Assembly (NCBI GenBank): GCA_002633005.1
Contig: NMRA01000144.1
Location: forward strand, 62,001-126,000
DNA length: 64,000 nucleotides
Source: Phoronis australis
Lineage: Eukaryota; Animalia; Phoronida
Direction of reading: 5' to 3'
The first letter of the stretch is position 1. Every line of letters starts with the position of its first letter. Under the pieces are notes generated by a model. It saw nothing but the letters and a program-made list of their open reading frames with translations. It made no database searches and was not told the origin of the DNA. Made by a program: the position numbers and the translations under genes. Positions 14,101 to 50,500 of the stretch are shown piece by piece.

Positions 14101-16151
14101 AACTGTCATAAAAGCCCTGAAGAAAAAAACTTTCATTATGTTATTCCTTGCATTAATGAGCTTAAAAACAAGCGGACTTGCAAAATACACTAGGCCAAGG
14201 CACATTTAGAAATTTAGAAATGGTATTGAAAATGCAGATTTGCAAAACTGAGCAAGATAGCGTTCTGCATTATGTGCCTGAACCTTTTATCTTATGCTGG
14301 AGCATGAGTGTACGCAGCTGTGTACATATCCAGTCTGAGCAGCTCAGTTGTGTACATATCCAGTCTGAGCAGCTCAGTTGTGTACATATCCAGTCTGAGC
14401 AGCTCCGTTGTGTACATATCCAGTCTGAGCAGCTCAGTTATGTACATATCCAGTCTGAGCAGCTCCGTTGTGTACATATCCAGTCTGAGCAGCTCAGTTG
14501 TGTACATATCCAGTCTGAGCAGCTCAGTTGTGTACATATCCAGTCTGAGCAGCTCAGTTGTGTACATATCCAGTATGAGCAGCTCAGTTGTGTACATATC
14601 CAGTCTGAGCAGCTCAGTTGTGTACATATCCAGTCTGAGCAGCTCAGTTGTGTACATATCCAGTCTGAGCAGCTCAGTTATGTACATATCCAGTCTGAGC
14701 AGCTCAGCTGTGTACATATCCAGTCTGAGCAGCTCAGTTATGTATTTCTTGAAGACAAACCAAGGGAACCTTCCCACTATGACCAAACCAAAAGGTTAAA
14801 AAAAAACTTCTAAGTTTTGACAGACTGGGCATTGCACGACAAGGGTAAACGGGGAGTGTTGTAGCCCATTGAGTGTGGTGCTGATGGTGAAACACCTTAA
14901 CATCTTGTTATGCGTTAATTGCCCAGCTTTCCATGGGTTTAGGAAACACAATTAAAGCACCATGTATTCTGCAGGCGTACACAGTCGATAGTGTAAATGT
15001 AACCCCATAAAAAGTTACTCATTTCAAAATATGTGTAAATGACATTGAATGAAACATGGATACATATACTTTGAGTTATAATTAACACTTACCACGACTC
15101 TGGGAAGGACAAGCACGTGACCTGGCGTGTAACACCAAGGGCAAAAAGTAGCATGGGAAAGAAGAGATCAAGTGGAATTTTTACGATTTGTTTCCATTTG
15201 ACTTTTTGTTCATCAACAGGCATGATTTCAAGTAACTTCCTCAAAATTGCACCCATTGATGAAATCTCAAAAGAACTGCAACAGATTTTCATGGATATGT
15301 TCAATTTATCCTTACCTACCATTATCCTGCAGTATAAAAATCAAGAAATTTCTACTATCATCATCTAACTTGATTAAACTTGTCAAGCACACCTTTTGTG
15401 TTGGCTGGTACACAGGTTAAGCTGGTTAGAGCTTTACAGTCACACATATCAAGGAGTCAACAGGTGAAATTTAAGGCTAATTTCTATGACAGTCAACTAT
15501 TTTTCCCCATTCAATGTTTCTTAGTGAATGTATTTCATGTAAGACACATCTGCTTCAAGGCTTTTATTGAAAGTCGTTTACAAATAGTATTTTTAAATAT
15601 TGGCGAGCTGTTTGCAACATAACTGATGGAGTACATGAGCATCAGATGAAAGAAGACAATAAGAGAGCTGGACTATGTAAACATTGGTTTGCCACGGTCA
15701 AACAAGGCTGGCCGACCAGGCAGTCGGGATGATTCATTCCGCAGCGCGGGTGCGTAACGTCTAACGATGCTGACTAAACTGTTTCTCATGCCATGGTTTT
15801 TGTGTTAATTATATCTCAAGGTGTATATATGTATGCCTCAACCAATTTGATTCGCTGTATTTTGAAATGAGTAACTTTTAAAAGGGGTGCATTACAGGGC
15901 GATGTATATTGCCTAAGTATAGGCTGGACAGAAACCGAACTAAAACTGTCTGAGTGAAGAAATCGGGTACTTGATGCTTGAAAGCAGCGTAAAAAGAGCT
16001 GAATATCGGCAAAAGTTACAAATCGGATGAAGTTTTTTACCTTTTCGTCTCCTTTCTGTGCTAAAGCCGATAAATTATCGTGAGGTATTCTTGCTGTCCT
16101 CAAATGTTCTTTCAAGTCCTCCAAAATAGCCATGTCAGTGGTGTCTGCCAT
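5139..16151 (-). CDS. Ankyrin repeat domain-containing protein, 8 coding exons, 235 aa
   Basis: Exons (minus): 16041-16151, 13727-13805, 11343-11408, 10326-10396, 9101-9159, 7752-7863, 6688-6753, 5139-5282. Total 708 nt with all phases consistent. Protein: MADTTDMAILEDLKEHLRTARIPHDNLSALAQKGDEK-LVENIMSDKINISGTGPEAKQSQLYV-ASFWGFRDIVKRLFDSDAENLL-DVNAQNKGTNWTALHAATFQEHGP-IVMLLLSKGARPDLPDSEG-RTPKDFASASDKIWPHF...QLDIYN*. Ankyrin motifs DVNAQN..WTALHAA, IVMLLLSKGA and GRTP are present. Confidence 0.9.
5564..6563. mobile_element. 1-kb non-autonomous DNA transposon with 5-bp TSD (hAT5-like) in the last ankyrin-gene intron
   Basis: Ends CAGGGCCCG.../...GGACCCTG, flanked by TATAC (5559-5563 and 6564-6568). 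Its subterminal gaggggaatttt blocks match the element at 43143-43441 in reverse orientation. Confidence 0.7.
8204..8325 (+). mobile_element. tRNA-derived SINE 5' fragment
   Basis: A-box-like TGGCCTAGTG and B-box-like GGTTCACGTCC at tRNA spacing, followed by a SINE-body-like gacccttgag. No intact cloverleaf. Confidence 0.6.
10224..10338. repeat. 57-bp tandem duplication spanning the exon 4 donor of the ankyrin gene
   Basis: tatcaacattttttgaaaactgct...tttgtcacaatactcacgggcccatgttc starts at 10224 and again at 10281. Confidence 0.9.
12184..13519 (-). mobile_element. Non-autonomous Kolobok-type DNA transposon, copy 1, with about 320-bp inverted ends and a truncated THAP-transposase 5' region
   Basis: Termini AGG...CCT. 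TSD TCAA (12180-12183) / TTAA (13520-13523). Long inverted ends. ORF 12879-13253 encodes a THAP domain. Downstream on the same strand is LLELFRSCQVCG...WECVAKHLGKWDSS, resembling the CxxC..C..H..W motif of Kolobok transposase N-termini. Confidence 0.85.
12879..13253 (-). CDS. THAP (C2CH) zinc-finger ORF of the Kolobok element, 124 aa; frameshifted from its downstream linker (12695-12886)
   Basis: MSRCCCVPGC...FPKDDTLCRTW...RVCGKHF...RLKKGTIPSL carries all THAP signature residues: CxxxxC, FP, W, CxxHF and an AVPTIF-like box. Confidence 0.75.
   Translation of the reverse strand: MSRCCCVPGCTQYRLTSALGTLRCFPKDDTLCRTWLARSCEERSATRPCNVQSSEGYRVCGKHFLPSDYDRDMYAELMKVPAKQRLKKGTIPSLLIPGSAPSPTPRSAFLKREASRAVATIYSD
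14314..14744. repeat. Minisatellite, 30-bp unit x14 (TGTACATATCCAGTCTGAGCAGCTCAGTTG), in ankyrin-gene intron 1
   Basis: Fourteen head-to-tail units from 14321 to 14740 with only single-base variants and no spacers. Confidence 0.97.
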
Positions 16152-16255
16152 TTTGAATCCAATGACGCCGTGACCTGACAATAAACATTTGATTCAATTA
16201 TCCATGGATTCGATAATCGGCCCAGCCTCGTCCCCAAGCCTCAAGATGGCGCTGA
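16145..16255. promoter_or_regulatory. Probable promoter / 5' region of the ankyrin gene with two divergent YY1-like (AAnATGGC) motifs
   Basis: TCAAAATGGC on the minus strand overlaps the ankyrin ATG (16151). CAAGATGGCG is on the plus strand at about 16242. The region is locally CpG-rich. Confidence 0.4.
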
Positions 16256-17694
16256 TCGGTTTAGCACGAGACCGAACTCCTTTGGCAGGTTGGTTATGGG
16301 AAACAAATGGTTTCACAATTCTCCAAATTATTACAGAAATCGCCGGAATATGACAAATGATATAACTTTGAACACTAACGGTATATTGCAGCAATTTAGG
16401 TCTATTGCAAAAATGATGTATTTTGAATCGAAAATAGATTAATTTCTATGATACTTAGATGCCTAAACAGAATTGAAAACGAAAAAGATAAGTAGGCTAC
16501 GCTTGGGGTGTTAGCAATTGCACCGCCCTGGCAAAGCCAACTCAAAGTCGTAGGTCAATTTTTGTCTATTCAGTCTATTTTTTATTGCCTTATCTTGGCC
16601 AAGTGAACTGGAGCCAACTAATTGTCTAAAGATTACGTTTTCAGAGAACAGCCCACAATAAAAATTAAGGCTATTCTATTAAATCCTGCCAGCTAAGTTC
16701 TATAATTATTTTTTGAAGGCGGGTCAGCAGAATAGACAAATTCAATTACCGACCCAAATCTTTTCTTATACTGCTTGTGTGCGCGTATTTCAAACCGCCT
16801 GTTTTTAATGTGGGGTTTAATCACATCCATGAGTACCAGTTGCGGAATGATGACTAACTGTCGATTACTTGATGACGTAATAAAAATACGGTCTGTCAAT
16901 GATGAGCAACTGATTTTTTTCCAATTTTCGGGATTTTCGTAGATGTATATATAGGCGTATATGAGGTTCCTTTGATCAAAGTTGTCGGTTGTCAAAACTG
17001 TATTTAGATGTTTAAATATTGAAAAGAAGGATACGTTTCCAGCGTGACGGTTTCGTTTGTCTTGCGATAGAATTCTAGCTGTGGACTTATTACTTTTTGC
17101 CAATTGTGGGTGATAAGTTTATTGCTCCTTATTTTCCAACATGCTGGAATTTCGAATACTAAAAGAACACAACACTGTATGAAACAAATGACATTTTCAG
17201 TCATTTCCGACACTGAATAGAATGATTCAGTTTAATTCAAAAGTTGATTGAACTGAATACAGAGTAGGAAAAGGTATCGTACAAATACATATTGACAATA
17301 TCATAGATAAACATGTATCTCGACCGAAATTTCGCAACTGATATTTCATTTTGTAAGCTAAAGAAATTATCTACGTCAACCGGATTTTCCATACGAAAAC
17401 ATTTCCTGGTATTCAAGTTTTTTTTGCCCAAGGTAAATCAACTAAAATCCCATAATAGCTTATCGGACGTCTTATCTTAAAAGATTTGTCATCTATAACT
17501 TACAGCGCTATAAGCATATCTAATGTTAACAACAAATGCACGTAGGCCAACACGTAGCAACCCATGAATGCGTCAATGGACCGTATGCATGTACAAACCA
17601 GGAAACGAACCACCTCTCTGACAACGCATTTGAAGTCACGCCTCCACGTTTTTTTCACTTGACGTTCGAAGAAATTTCCTTATAGAACTCGTTA

Positions 17695-20012
17695 CCTCTC
17701 TCTTTGCCGGGTAAGACAGGCGTTATCGACATCAGTCCAGGAGGCGGCCTGGGATCACATTATATTTTCCGGGTCTCCATTAATCACGAATGATGTTGAC
17801 AAAATTCAATGACTGCAAACCATAGTCCCAATTGTAAATAGCGTCAACCGAAAGCAACCTGACGTTCTCTTCATCCAGACTATCTCTTGTACTGTAAAAG
17901 CTTACATGTACATGTGTATGTATCTAGACGTACATCGTGTCTTCTTTTACCAGCTACTAACAAGTCAGAGCTAGATTTAAACTGCTGCATTTCAGCAAGA
18001 CAGTTTTAAAAACGAGTTCTGAATTTCAATTAACTAGACAAAGATGTTCTCACCGTCACACACAATACATAATTGGTCCAGTGGCCAATTAGCAGTAGGC
18101 TAACAAGAAGGACCAGAGGTAGAAATATGGTTTTGACACTTTGTTCTTAGTGGTACCCCCGCACTTGTTATGTGTTATTGGGTGATTTAGGCAATGCCAA
18201 GTTAGGCATACGATACAGAAACTATTAATATTATAAAGTATATAGTATTCTATGTTGACACACTAATTTACACTGTTTGCTACACAAACACCAGTTCCAC
18301 AGTTATTAACATATGGATTTCAGATATCCCGGTAGAGTTTCAATACCAGACGAAAGCAGTTTCTAAGATAGATACAACATACATGTCAGTTAAGCGTGAG
18401 GTGATCTTTCAGGCGGGTTACCAAAGCCCAGTACAACAATCTTCCGTCAACGGGTACAGTGTATCAAAAGTCGTTAACTAAATCGTGTTTGGATAATACA
18501 AATAGTATTTCTTCGAAAAGGAAACGATTCCAAAATAACGTTTTCATAGAGAATTCAATTTCAGAACTAAAACAGATCACCAGTTTGATTTCACGATAGT
18601 TTTCATTTCAGTTAGTATTTTATTCCAAGAAAGTCACCACTAATGCGGCAATTGCCTCGCAAAAGACAAGAGAAGTTAGACCAGAGTTCATGAGATCAAA
18701 GGATTCTATCTATCGCGATTTATGAACAAATGTATTGACCCGGTACGCCCGGTTGTGGTAGGGGCCAAGGATATTACCGTCATCTCTGTCCAGCCGTACC
18801 GTGTGTCCTTCGATTTAGCTGAGTATTTGGGTTTGCTAATATATATATGCTGTACAAATCGTAGTACCTGAACGTTGCCCTTTCTGAGATATGATGTTCC
18901 GAATTTTGCCAAATTTGGAATTTCTCTTGTGTCCCTTGTATAAATCTACAAGCAATGCGGGGTCACAAAATAATTAATATTTCTAAACCGACTAAACAAA
19001 GTCATAGGTAACAAAAATGAGAAATTTGAATTGGTTCCTGAAAACCTGCCTCTAATAAACTAAATGTTTGAAATCCTTTCAAAGCATATTAATTTTGCTG
19101 TACGATGTCAGTTTTATATTTGTCCTCTTAATTCACGTTCCCAGTTCACTTATTTTCTTGCCCTGGCAGTGTTTTGTTAATAAACAGGTTTTTTGGATTT
19201 TGATTATCTCAAATTTCATTGATTCGACTTTTACACAAGTAGTGACACTGCCATGTTTTGTTTTGATGCCCATCGTGTTTTCTGTGAAATATTAAAATTA
19301 AGGGGGTCACCGACGTCGTTTTTGAGCAATTTTAGCTCAATCAGTATCTTTCAAAGCACAATTTGACGTTCGCAAAAGTGTGTCAATTTCAAAAACAGGA
19401 TTAACTCGCTGAACAAGATAGCGATTATGTTACATGTTGTGGGGATTACATAAGCTAAGTTGATGGGAACAATGTAAGACAAGAAACACCTTCTTTAATA
19501 AATTCAAGATTGCTGTTTGAGTTAAGTCATTTCTAAGAAGTACATGTACGCTAGGGTTTTCCTAATGTTGCGATAAGTAAGGCGTCAGTGTGAAACTTGA
19601 CGTCGCACACTACATGTATTTTTAAATGTCAAATTACAAAAGCTCAGCACGAAATCAACATTTTTTACATAATAGAATCTGTTATTTGAAATAAAAATCA
19701 TATTTAAATGTTTTATGAATTAGTCTTAAAACAACGATTACCTCATGTTTTTTGCAAACAGTGTCGAACTCTTTTAATTAGGAAAATGTTGCCTTTACAT
19801 GTGTATATTGAGTTCTCGTTATTACAGGCTACAGCGGGCCATATTTCACAATTGCTTCGTACTTCTGAAAATAGACATGAACACAAGGGTCGACATTTAC
19901 ATGTACTTGACTCGATTCGCTGATCAAGGGGCAAATCAGAAGTATTCGCCAATAAAGGACTTTCTTCTTCTTCTTCATCTTTAAAACAATTCCAACATAC
20001 CGTAATCCCCAT
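17695..20012 (-). pseudogene. Candidate decayed melanoregulin-like gene (lipidated N-terminus plus dileucine motif)
   Basis: The ORF starting at 20012 reads MGITVCWNCFKDEEEEESPLL (MG, Cys cluster, ExxxLL). Exon-like blocks downstream read KFQIWQNSEHHISE..DLYSIYI (about 18945-18830), SGIETL (about 18340) and EENVRLLSVD (about 17870), collinear with motifs I recall from melanoregulin. Stops and phase conflicts are present. Confidence 0.3.
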
Positions 20013-20905
20013 CTTGTGACGTGTAATAGTACAAAATCTTTGTCAGTGTGCCCTATTTGTTTTTTTTTTTGCAAACACAAGTGGCACCTAAATAAAGATT
20101 ATAAATATTCAAAGGTGTAACTTTATGGCAGTAAACCTAAGACATTAAAATTCGAAGTACATGTACTCGAAATCTGAAAAACTGTACAAACCAGTCAACC
20201 TGGAAGATCTTTAAAGCTGTTACAACATAAAACTGACATCGTACAATGAAATGAACTAGTTTTTAGGTAGGAATTTCAATCATTAATTTAATTATAGGTA
20301 CTGGTTTGCAGTGACCGATGAACAGTCTTGCCAGAAGAGCCGTTGATTACATATGGGGTTGCAACAAAATTAATCGAAGGACCTTCATGTTGTCATTTAG
20401 TTTTGCAGATTTGTAATAAGAAAAAAATCAAAATTCACCGATAAATTAAAACTGCACCGTACCCACGCTACTAGTTTACGCTGAAGTCTGAATCAGACCG
20501 TTTCTATGGGGACAGGTTGTATACTTGACAGCTTCAAAACTAGAAGTGTCAAAACTTTCAGTCTCTTAGCTCTATCCTTCGTACATGTAGTCACAAGTTT
20601 AATTAACAGAGCGTCACAAACTGGGTTGTACATTATGATCGCCATTGCCTCTGCACAAACGGTTTTTGCAAAGTCCGCATTTTATTGTATCTACCAATAA
20701 GCGCCTGCAAGCGTATTGCGTAATGAGCTACATGTATCTGATGACGAGAACGAGAGGGCCGGGCTAAATGTGAAGGGGCACGTTTGCATGGACTGCGCGT
20801 AGACGCATCTGAACAGTAAACTTAGCTCCAAAGATAACATTGGAAACTTATCAAAGAATTGCACAACAAAAACAAGCGCACGATGTGAATGCATTAGGAT
20901 TCTGG

Positions 20906-20954
20906 ATTGGCTTTACTGGGCCGATAGCACGTGACAGGTGACATCAAATAAATA
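20906..20954 (+). promoter_or_regulatory. Putative proximal promoter of the Mesh-like gene
   Basis: GATTGG (reverse CCAAT box), E-boxes CACGTG and CAGGTG, and a TATA-like AAATAAATA within 90 bp upstream of ATG 20990. Confidence 0.3.
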
Positions 20955-20989
20955 GATTCCCCGATTGCAAATTTTATCAAGTTGAGGAA

Positions 20990-44977
<23,988 letters not shown>

Positions 44978-46458
44978 CTGCAGCCCATAGTGGTTATGCC
45001 CTTGTAAGATTCAATGAGGGTGCTGAAACGTCAATGCCACAAGGTGATGGAAAATGCTTTTGATGTAAACAACAGAAACAGATAGAATTTCAGCACCCAT
45101 CTTGTAGAAAATAGTCCCATAAACATTCGGTGATCAAAATGTGTCTGATCAAGTGTTTTTCTACATTCAGACAACTGTAAGTTGATTAAACGATCCTTGA
45201 AACTAAGGTTGCTGTTTCTATTTGTATTGGTTTTGTCTTATATATAAAGAAATGATTTGATTGTCTACTCTGAGACACAAATTATAACTTTTTGGTCTGC
45301 GCTTGAATCGTTTGAAAAATAAGTTAATGATATATGATTATGAATTCCATTGCTTACTATCTCATGATAATTTTCCTATCGTTACGTTGTAAAACGTGTT
45401 CGGCATGTATGTTTTAGGGGTTTAAATTCAACGTTTTGTGATTACACTAGATGTGTCATGTGAAAAATAAAGGCAACATCTGCTACCTAGTCGTATTTGT
45501 GAAAGGCATGCGCAAGATTTTGCGCCACCTTGTTGCCGCCGTCACAACCTTCGGCAAGGGATGCCATAGCACAATAAATGGACAACCCGGGCGATGAGTC
45601 CCTGAATTATTAATAACATAAGCGATGAAAAACTTCAATTCGAGGTCCTACACTACCACGTTCCAGAACTTCCACCTCTACACTTGTTTTGTTGACCCAT
45701 GTAGATAACACCGTAAAGCGGAAACATTTAACTTAGTTTATACCGGTGATTTCAAAAAATCCAAATCACAACTATGTCTGAAGAAATACCCGGCGTAGTA
45801 GCAAGTTGCTACCAGTCTGTGAAATAAGTTTGTGATAGGGGAAAATCCCCAATCCAGGACTAAACGCGATCGCCGTAATTTTCTTCATTGCACGACATTT
45901 CCTAAACTTGTGCGATATCTCTCGAGAAATGATGGCAGCTTCCTAGCACCAAATTTTGTTCTGAAATTAGGTTTGGTGGTATTAAGATACTAAAAACTTG
46001 TAAAGAAATAATATCATATCCGGTAATTTGTTACGACATGTACGCAACCCCGTGGAAGAGAAAAAACCGTTGACTGCAGAAACTGGGATAATAAACTCAC
46101 CAATAAGTGACGCAATATTTCATGGCGCCCAAAGCCGACGCAAAAGATCGCACCACAATTTCAGCAAATTTAGCTCCAATTTTCCAACACCGGTAAATAT
46201 CAAATCTAGTTCAAATTTCCAGGGGCATACCGTGGTTGAGATTTTTGGGGTTTCTGGCTGGCACAACCTACATTGTAAGTGTAAGTACTCTGTCATAGTT
46301 AATTTAGTGACCAGTGGCGTGCTTTGAATCACATGGAATTAGCTTCCTGTGATACTTCGAGTGTATGAGGGAGCTCGTTTTTTTGGGGGGGGGGGTGTTC
46401 CTTTTTAGTTTGTGGCAGACTCTTACCAGAGTGCAGTTTGTCTGTTGTAGGTCATTCG

Positions 46459-46796
46459 GTGTTCAGTGCGTCACAATTGTTCGTTTTAAATTTTGAACGG
46501 TATCTCGAATATCTAATCTAATTCAAGTTTTCATTGGCATGAAGTTTTTAATACGTGTGTGGGTTTCTGGCGGGCACAACCCAGAGTTCTGTCGAGGGGA
46601 ATTTAGTGGTCAGTTGCATGCATTGAATTATATGGAATTGATTTTTTGTGGTACAGTACCTTGAATGTATTAGCTAGCTCATTTTTGGTTGTCTTTTTTG
46701 GGTTTCTGTAACTTGTCATGGGTTATTCAGTGTTCAGTGTTGCACGATTGTTGGTTTTAAATCAATTTTTGCCGATACCTCGAATAACTAATCTAC
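46459..46796. repeat. Diverged direct repeat (about 270-bp period)
   Basis: gtgttcagtg...attgtt.gttttaaat...ctcgaata.ctaatcta at about 46459 and about 46730. Confidence 0.55.
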
Positions 46797-47544
46797 ATGT
46801 AGCTCATTTTTGGCCCCCGTTGTTAGGTCCCCACGGGCAACTCCCAGGGTGCAGACACCGGCCGACATCCATTTTTTACATACTGGAGTTCACTCTAAGG
46901 GCTCAGTGGTCAGATGTTGGTACCTCGTTCATCTGTGCCAAGTGCTCTGGAGCTACCGGTCTATAAGAACTTTATTTACTTGTACACTCCCTGTACATCG
47001 CTGGTAGTGCCTCAAGTTCATTGAAAACCCCATCTCAGTCTTCGATAACAACCAATGTTTGTGGTCCAAGATGGTGGACGATCGCAGTGTTCATGTCTTT
47101 GCACGTCTTAACTGGTTGAGATTAAAAGCTCGATTGACGTGTCATAGCCACCCGTTTCTAAAGAAAGTTGTTTTTATAGTAAATGTTTGGAATGGTTGGA
47201 ATAGTAAAATCTAACGACATGGCACAAATAAGCGTAAGGCCATTGTCGATGAAGCACAACCACGGAAATTTTTGTATATTGTGCGTGTGTGCTTATTTGT
47301 TGCTTGTTTTTATAGTCAAGGGGAAAAATGTCGCAGGATAAGTCAGGACAACAGACAGTGCTTGAGAGAAATTGACATTTTTCAAATACCTTTTTTCGTT
47401 CAAAGAAGGTATTTGATAACTAAGCTAACAACAAAGGTGTTATTTTTGACAATTAAACGTTGCATGGCACTCAGGTAGTCACATCAGTTGTCATGGTGAG
47501 CTCGGCAGTTGGTCAGTCGAGTGTACTTCAACAATGTTGTTTTC

Positions 47545-50500
47545 TTATAAGCATCCCAGCACATCAGCTCTCAGGGCGATCCAACCATGCCAGTCGAGAG
47601 GATGAATTACAATGTGTTGAGCTTCGATCAACGGCGAAATGGCGTTCACCTTTACGGTCTCAGTATCGAAGTTTCCCCGGAAGGTCTGTAACAGATGACA
47701 TTATAATGGCATAATTGGCGAGGATCCGATGAGCAGAATGCGCAAAATTGAACAATTAAAGTTTACTTCAAACAATATTTCAGAGCCTTTTCATTAACGC
47801 ACTTGGATTTTTTTCAACGGACGACTATACATTTGTTAGACTGCTTAATCTACACTCGCTCGTAGTCTCTATACAATCTCCAGACGTGCATTTATGAAGC
47901 AAAACACCAACAGACATGATAAACAAACAAGTTAAAGAGTTGCTATATTTGGAGACCACATGTTTCCTCATCAGACAATAGGTTAAATGAGCGTGGAAGC
48001 CAAAAATGGTGAAATAAACGGCTACAGCCGGTGGAAAGGCATGCGAACCGTCGTTTTGGATAAAGCGCATCGATTAAACTCCCAAAAAACGCAGACATTT
48101 CAGTGGATCAAGTCAAACTTCGAAACTTCGATTTTTAGTTTGCTAAGCTCTCTACATGTATGTCCTATCTGGAAGATAAACAAACAGCAGGTACAATTGC
48201 TGCAGCTCCAGTTGCTCGACTGACAGGCTTAATTGGAGACGGGTCGGATTTCACACCAGCTTGGGCTGTCATCCCCTGGATCTCTGACTTCAGTTGGAGT
48301 TCTTCGTTTCTGGTTCCACCTTCACCCTCAGCACTTTATTCTCAAGTTCTCTTTTGTTCTGTTCATAGTCGTGCAGCACTACATCAGGCGTTCATGAGCG
48401 GCTTCTAATTGGTCCCTCAACTCTTCCAGTTTTGACTTGGAGTACAAGGCACTGTCAATGGAAGTACCATCTTGCGAATGTACGTCGTCTTCACCTTCTT
48501 CTTTTTCTTGGATAGTAGGGGGTTTCCTGGTCATCTGGTGACTGCACTCCAGCTTTTCCACCGGTTCGGTGATTCGTCGAAACATCTCAGCGGGCGGAAG
48601 TCTGACAACGGAACCAATTTGGTCGGCACCAACAAAAAGATGCAACCAGACATCAGAGAGTGAAATGAAGATGAACTACATTCTAGGTTACACCAAGATG
48701 GTGTTGTTCATTACGCCTACTGCAAGCCACCATGGTGCCAAATAAGGTCAGTCTGTATGGTTCAACTAGAGAGCAAACATTGAAGCTCCACACGCTAATT
48801 GTGAGGTGGAATGGCAGACATATAACATACATGTACTGTTTTGTCAACTGATCCTGTTCCATTGACGCCTAACCATGTGCTTACATTGCAGTCTGAGCAG
48901 CAATTTCCTCCAGGCAAATTTGGCAAAGAAAAAAGCTATGTGAAACATCGTTGGAGACAGATTCAGTACCTCAGTGACATCTTTTGGTCAAGGTGGAAAA
49001 GGGAATATGTATTGTGTCTTCAACAGAGACATAAGTGGACAAAACAAAAGAGAAATCTGCATATAGGTGATAATATGATAGTTCTCGATAATTTACTGAG
49101 AAATATCAAGATTATTAGTGTCAAGAAGGACAACAGAGACCATCCAGGTTAACTTTGAATCTATTAGTGATTCAGTCACCCGACATATAGCAATCCTTCC
49201 GAAACAGCCTTCTGTTGAAGTCAGTCTCCATTACCCTATTATGCTGACTACCTCCAACCCCAAAATTAATTGCACGGCAGAATCATTTATGAGTTGCAAA
49301 TCAACAACTGAGTACGAAGGTTTTACAAAATGTTTTTGAAATGATATCTGGCCTCCGAAAAAATGACAATCTGTGATCGGTTGAGACCAGGCCCAATAGG
49401 TTACAGGCGACATGAAAGTCCCAGCCCTAAAACTGAAACTTCAAGAAACTGACACCTTGGATTTGTTTAAGGAAATTTCCATAGTCACTTTTCTTTCTGA
49501 CATATGACAAGAACTTAAAGACCTGTTCCCAAACTGCCTATGTGGTTCCAGTATCCGAAAATACTGATTACATAAAATTTTATTTTCGACAACCTTTCTT
49601 TATATTCTTTTCTCCTTTCTTGCCAAGAGCGATTTTTAACAGTATTTGACTCTTCTCTGAGCGCATAATTATCGGCTGTCATCGGTTATTTCCGAACCCA
49701 CATTTCCGGCTCAACAGTTCAGGAACTTGTCCTGAACGCCGCATTTTTTCCTTGTAACTGAATGTGCTATCGCTTGCTCGAAAAGTCTTCATTATTTTGT
49801 TTAATTATTTATATCTCGTGATTCGTTTGTGTGTGTAGTGTATTTATAGTTTTTATTTAATGTTCGTTGGAATGTTACGCGTACTTATTATGATAAAATA
49901 GCATTGGTGTTTAGTTCCTTACGTAGGGCGGTCGAACCTAGGAACCAATATGAGTCGAACCAATTTTTTCCGTTTTGATTTTTTTTCTCGATTTGAAAAA
50001 GTGCTTTGCTATCATCGGAAAGGTAGTGCAATCTACTCAGTAAAAATCAAAAAGTATCAAAATCGGAGCAAGCTCTGTAAAGTTATTGCAATTTTTGTGG
50101 CGAAATTTGGGTCACTTTGTTTGGATCGCGTCGGCCATATTGGAGGACAGCGGTATAAGTTACTAGTTTAAAACTTTGTGTAAATTGTTTTCTCTAACTA
50201 TTTACGGTGAAATTTAGTGAGACATATCATTACTTACTATTCTGCACGATTCAACAGTGTTCAGCCTCGCAGTTGTTACTTTTAAGTGATAAATGTGCCC
50301 ACAATTCCCGTTGGACTTCGTCTCATTTCTGGCGGCACAGACAACATGGCGAATTTTTCTGAACTGGAAGGCATGTTCAACCTGTTACTTTGTAAGTTGT
50401 GAAGAATTAATGTTGATACATTTTGACAAATGTTGCTACAAAAAAGAAGTTTGTTCAAATTTCGTGTTTTTGTGCAAAAAAAATAAGATAATTCGAATTA

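Noticed and set aside
14314-14744. CRISPR array or repeat-protein gene (ORFs 14178-14813, 14292-14786, 14308-14799)
   Set aside because: The units are contiguous with no unique spacers, there are no cas genes, and the context is a eukaryotic intron. The ORFs are a by-product of a stop-free 30-bp unit.
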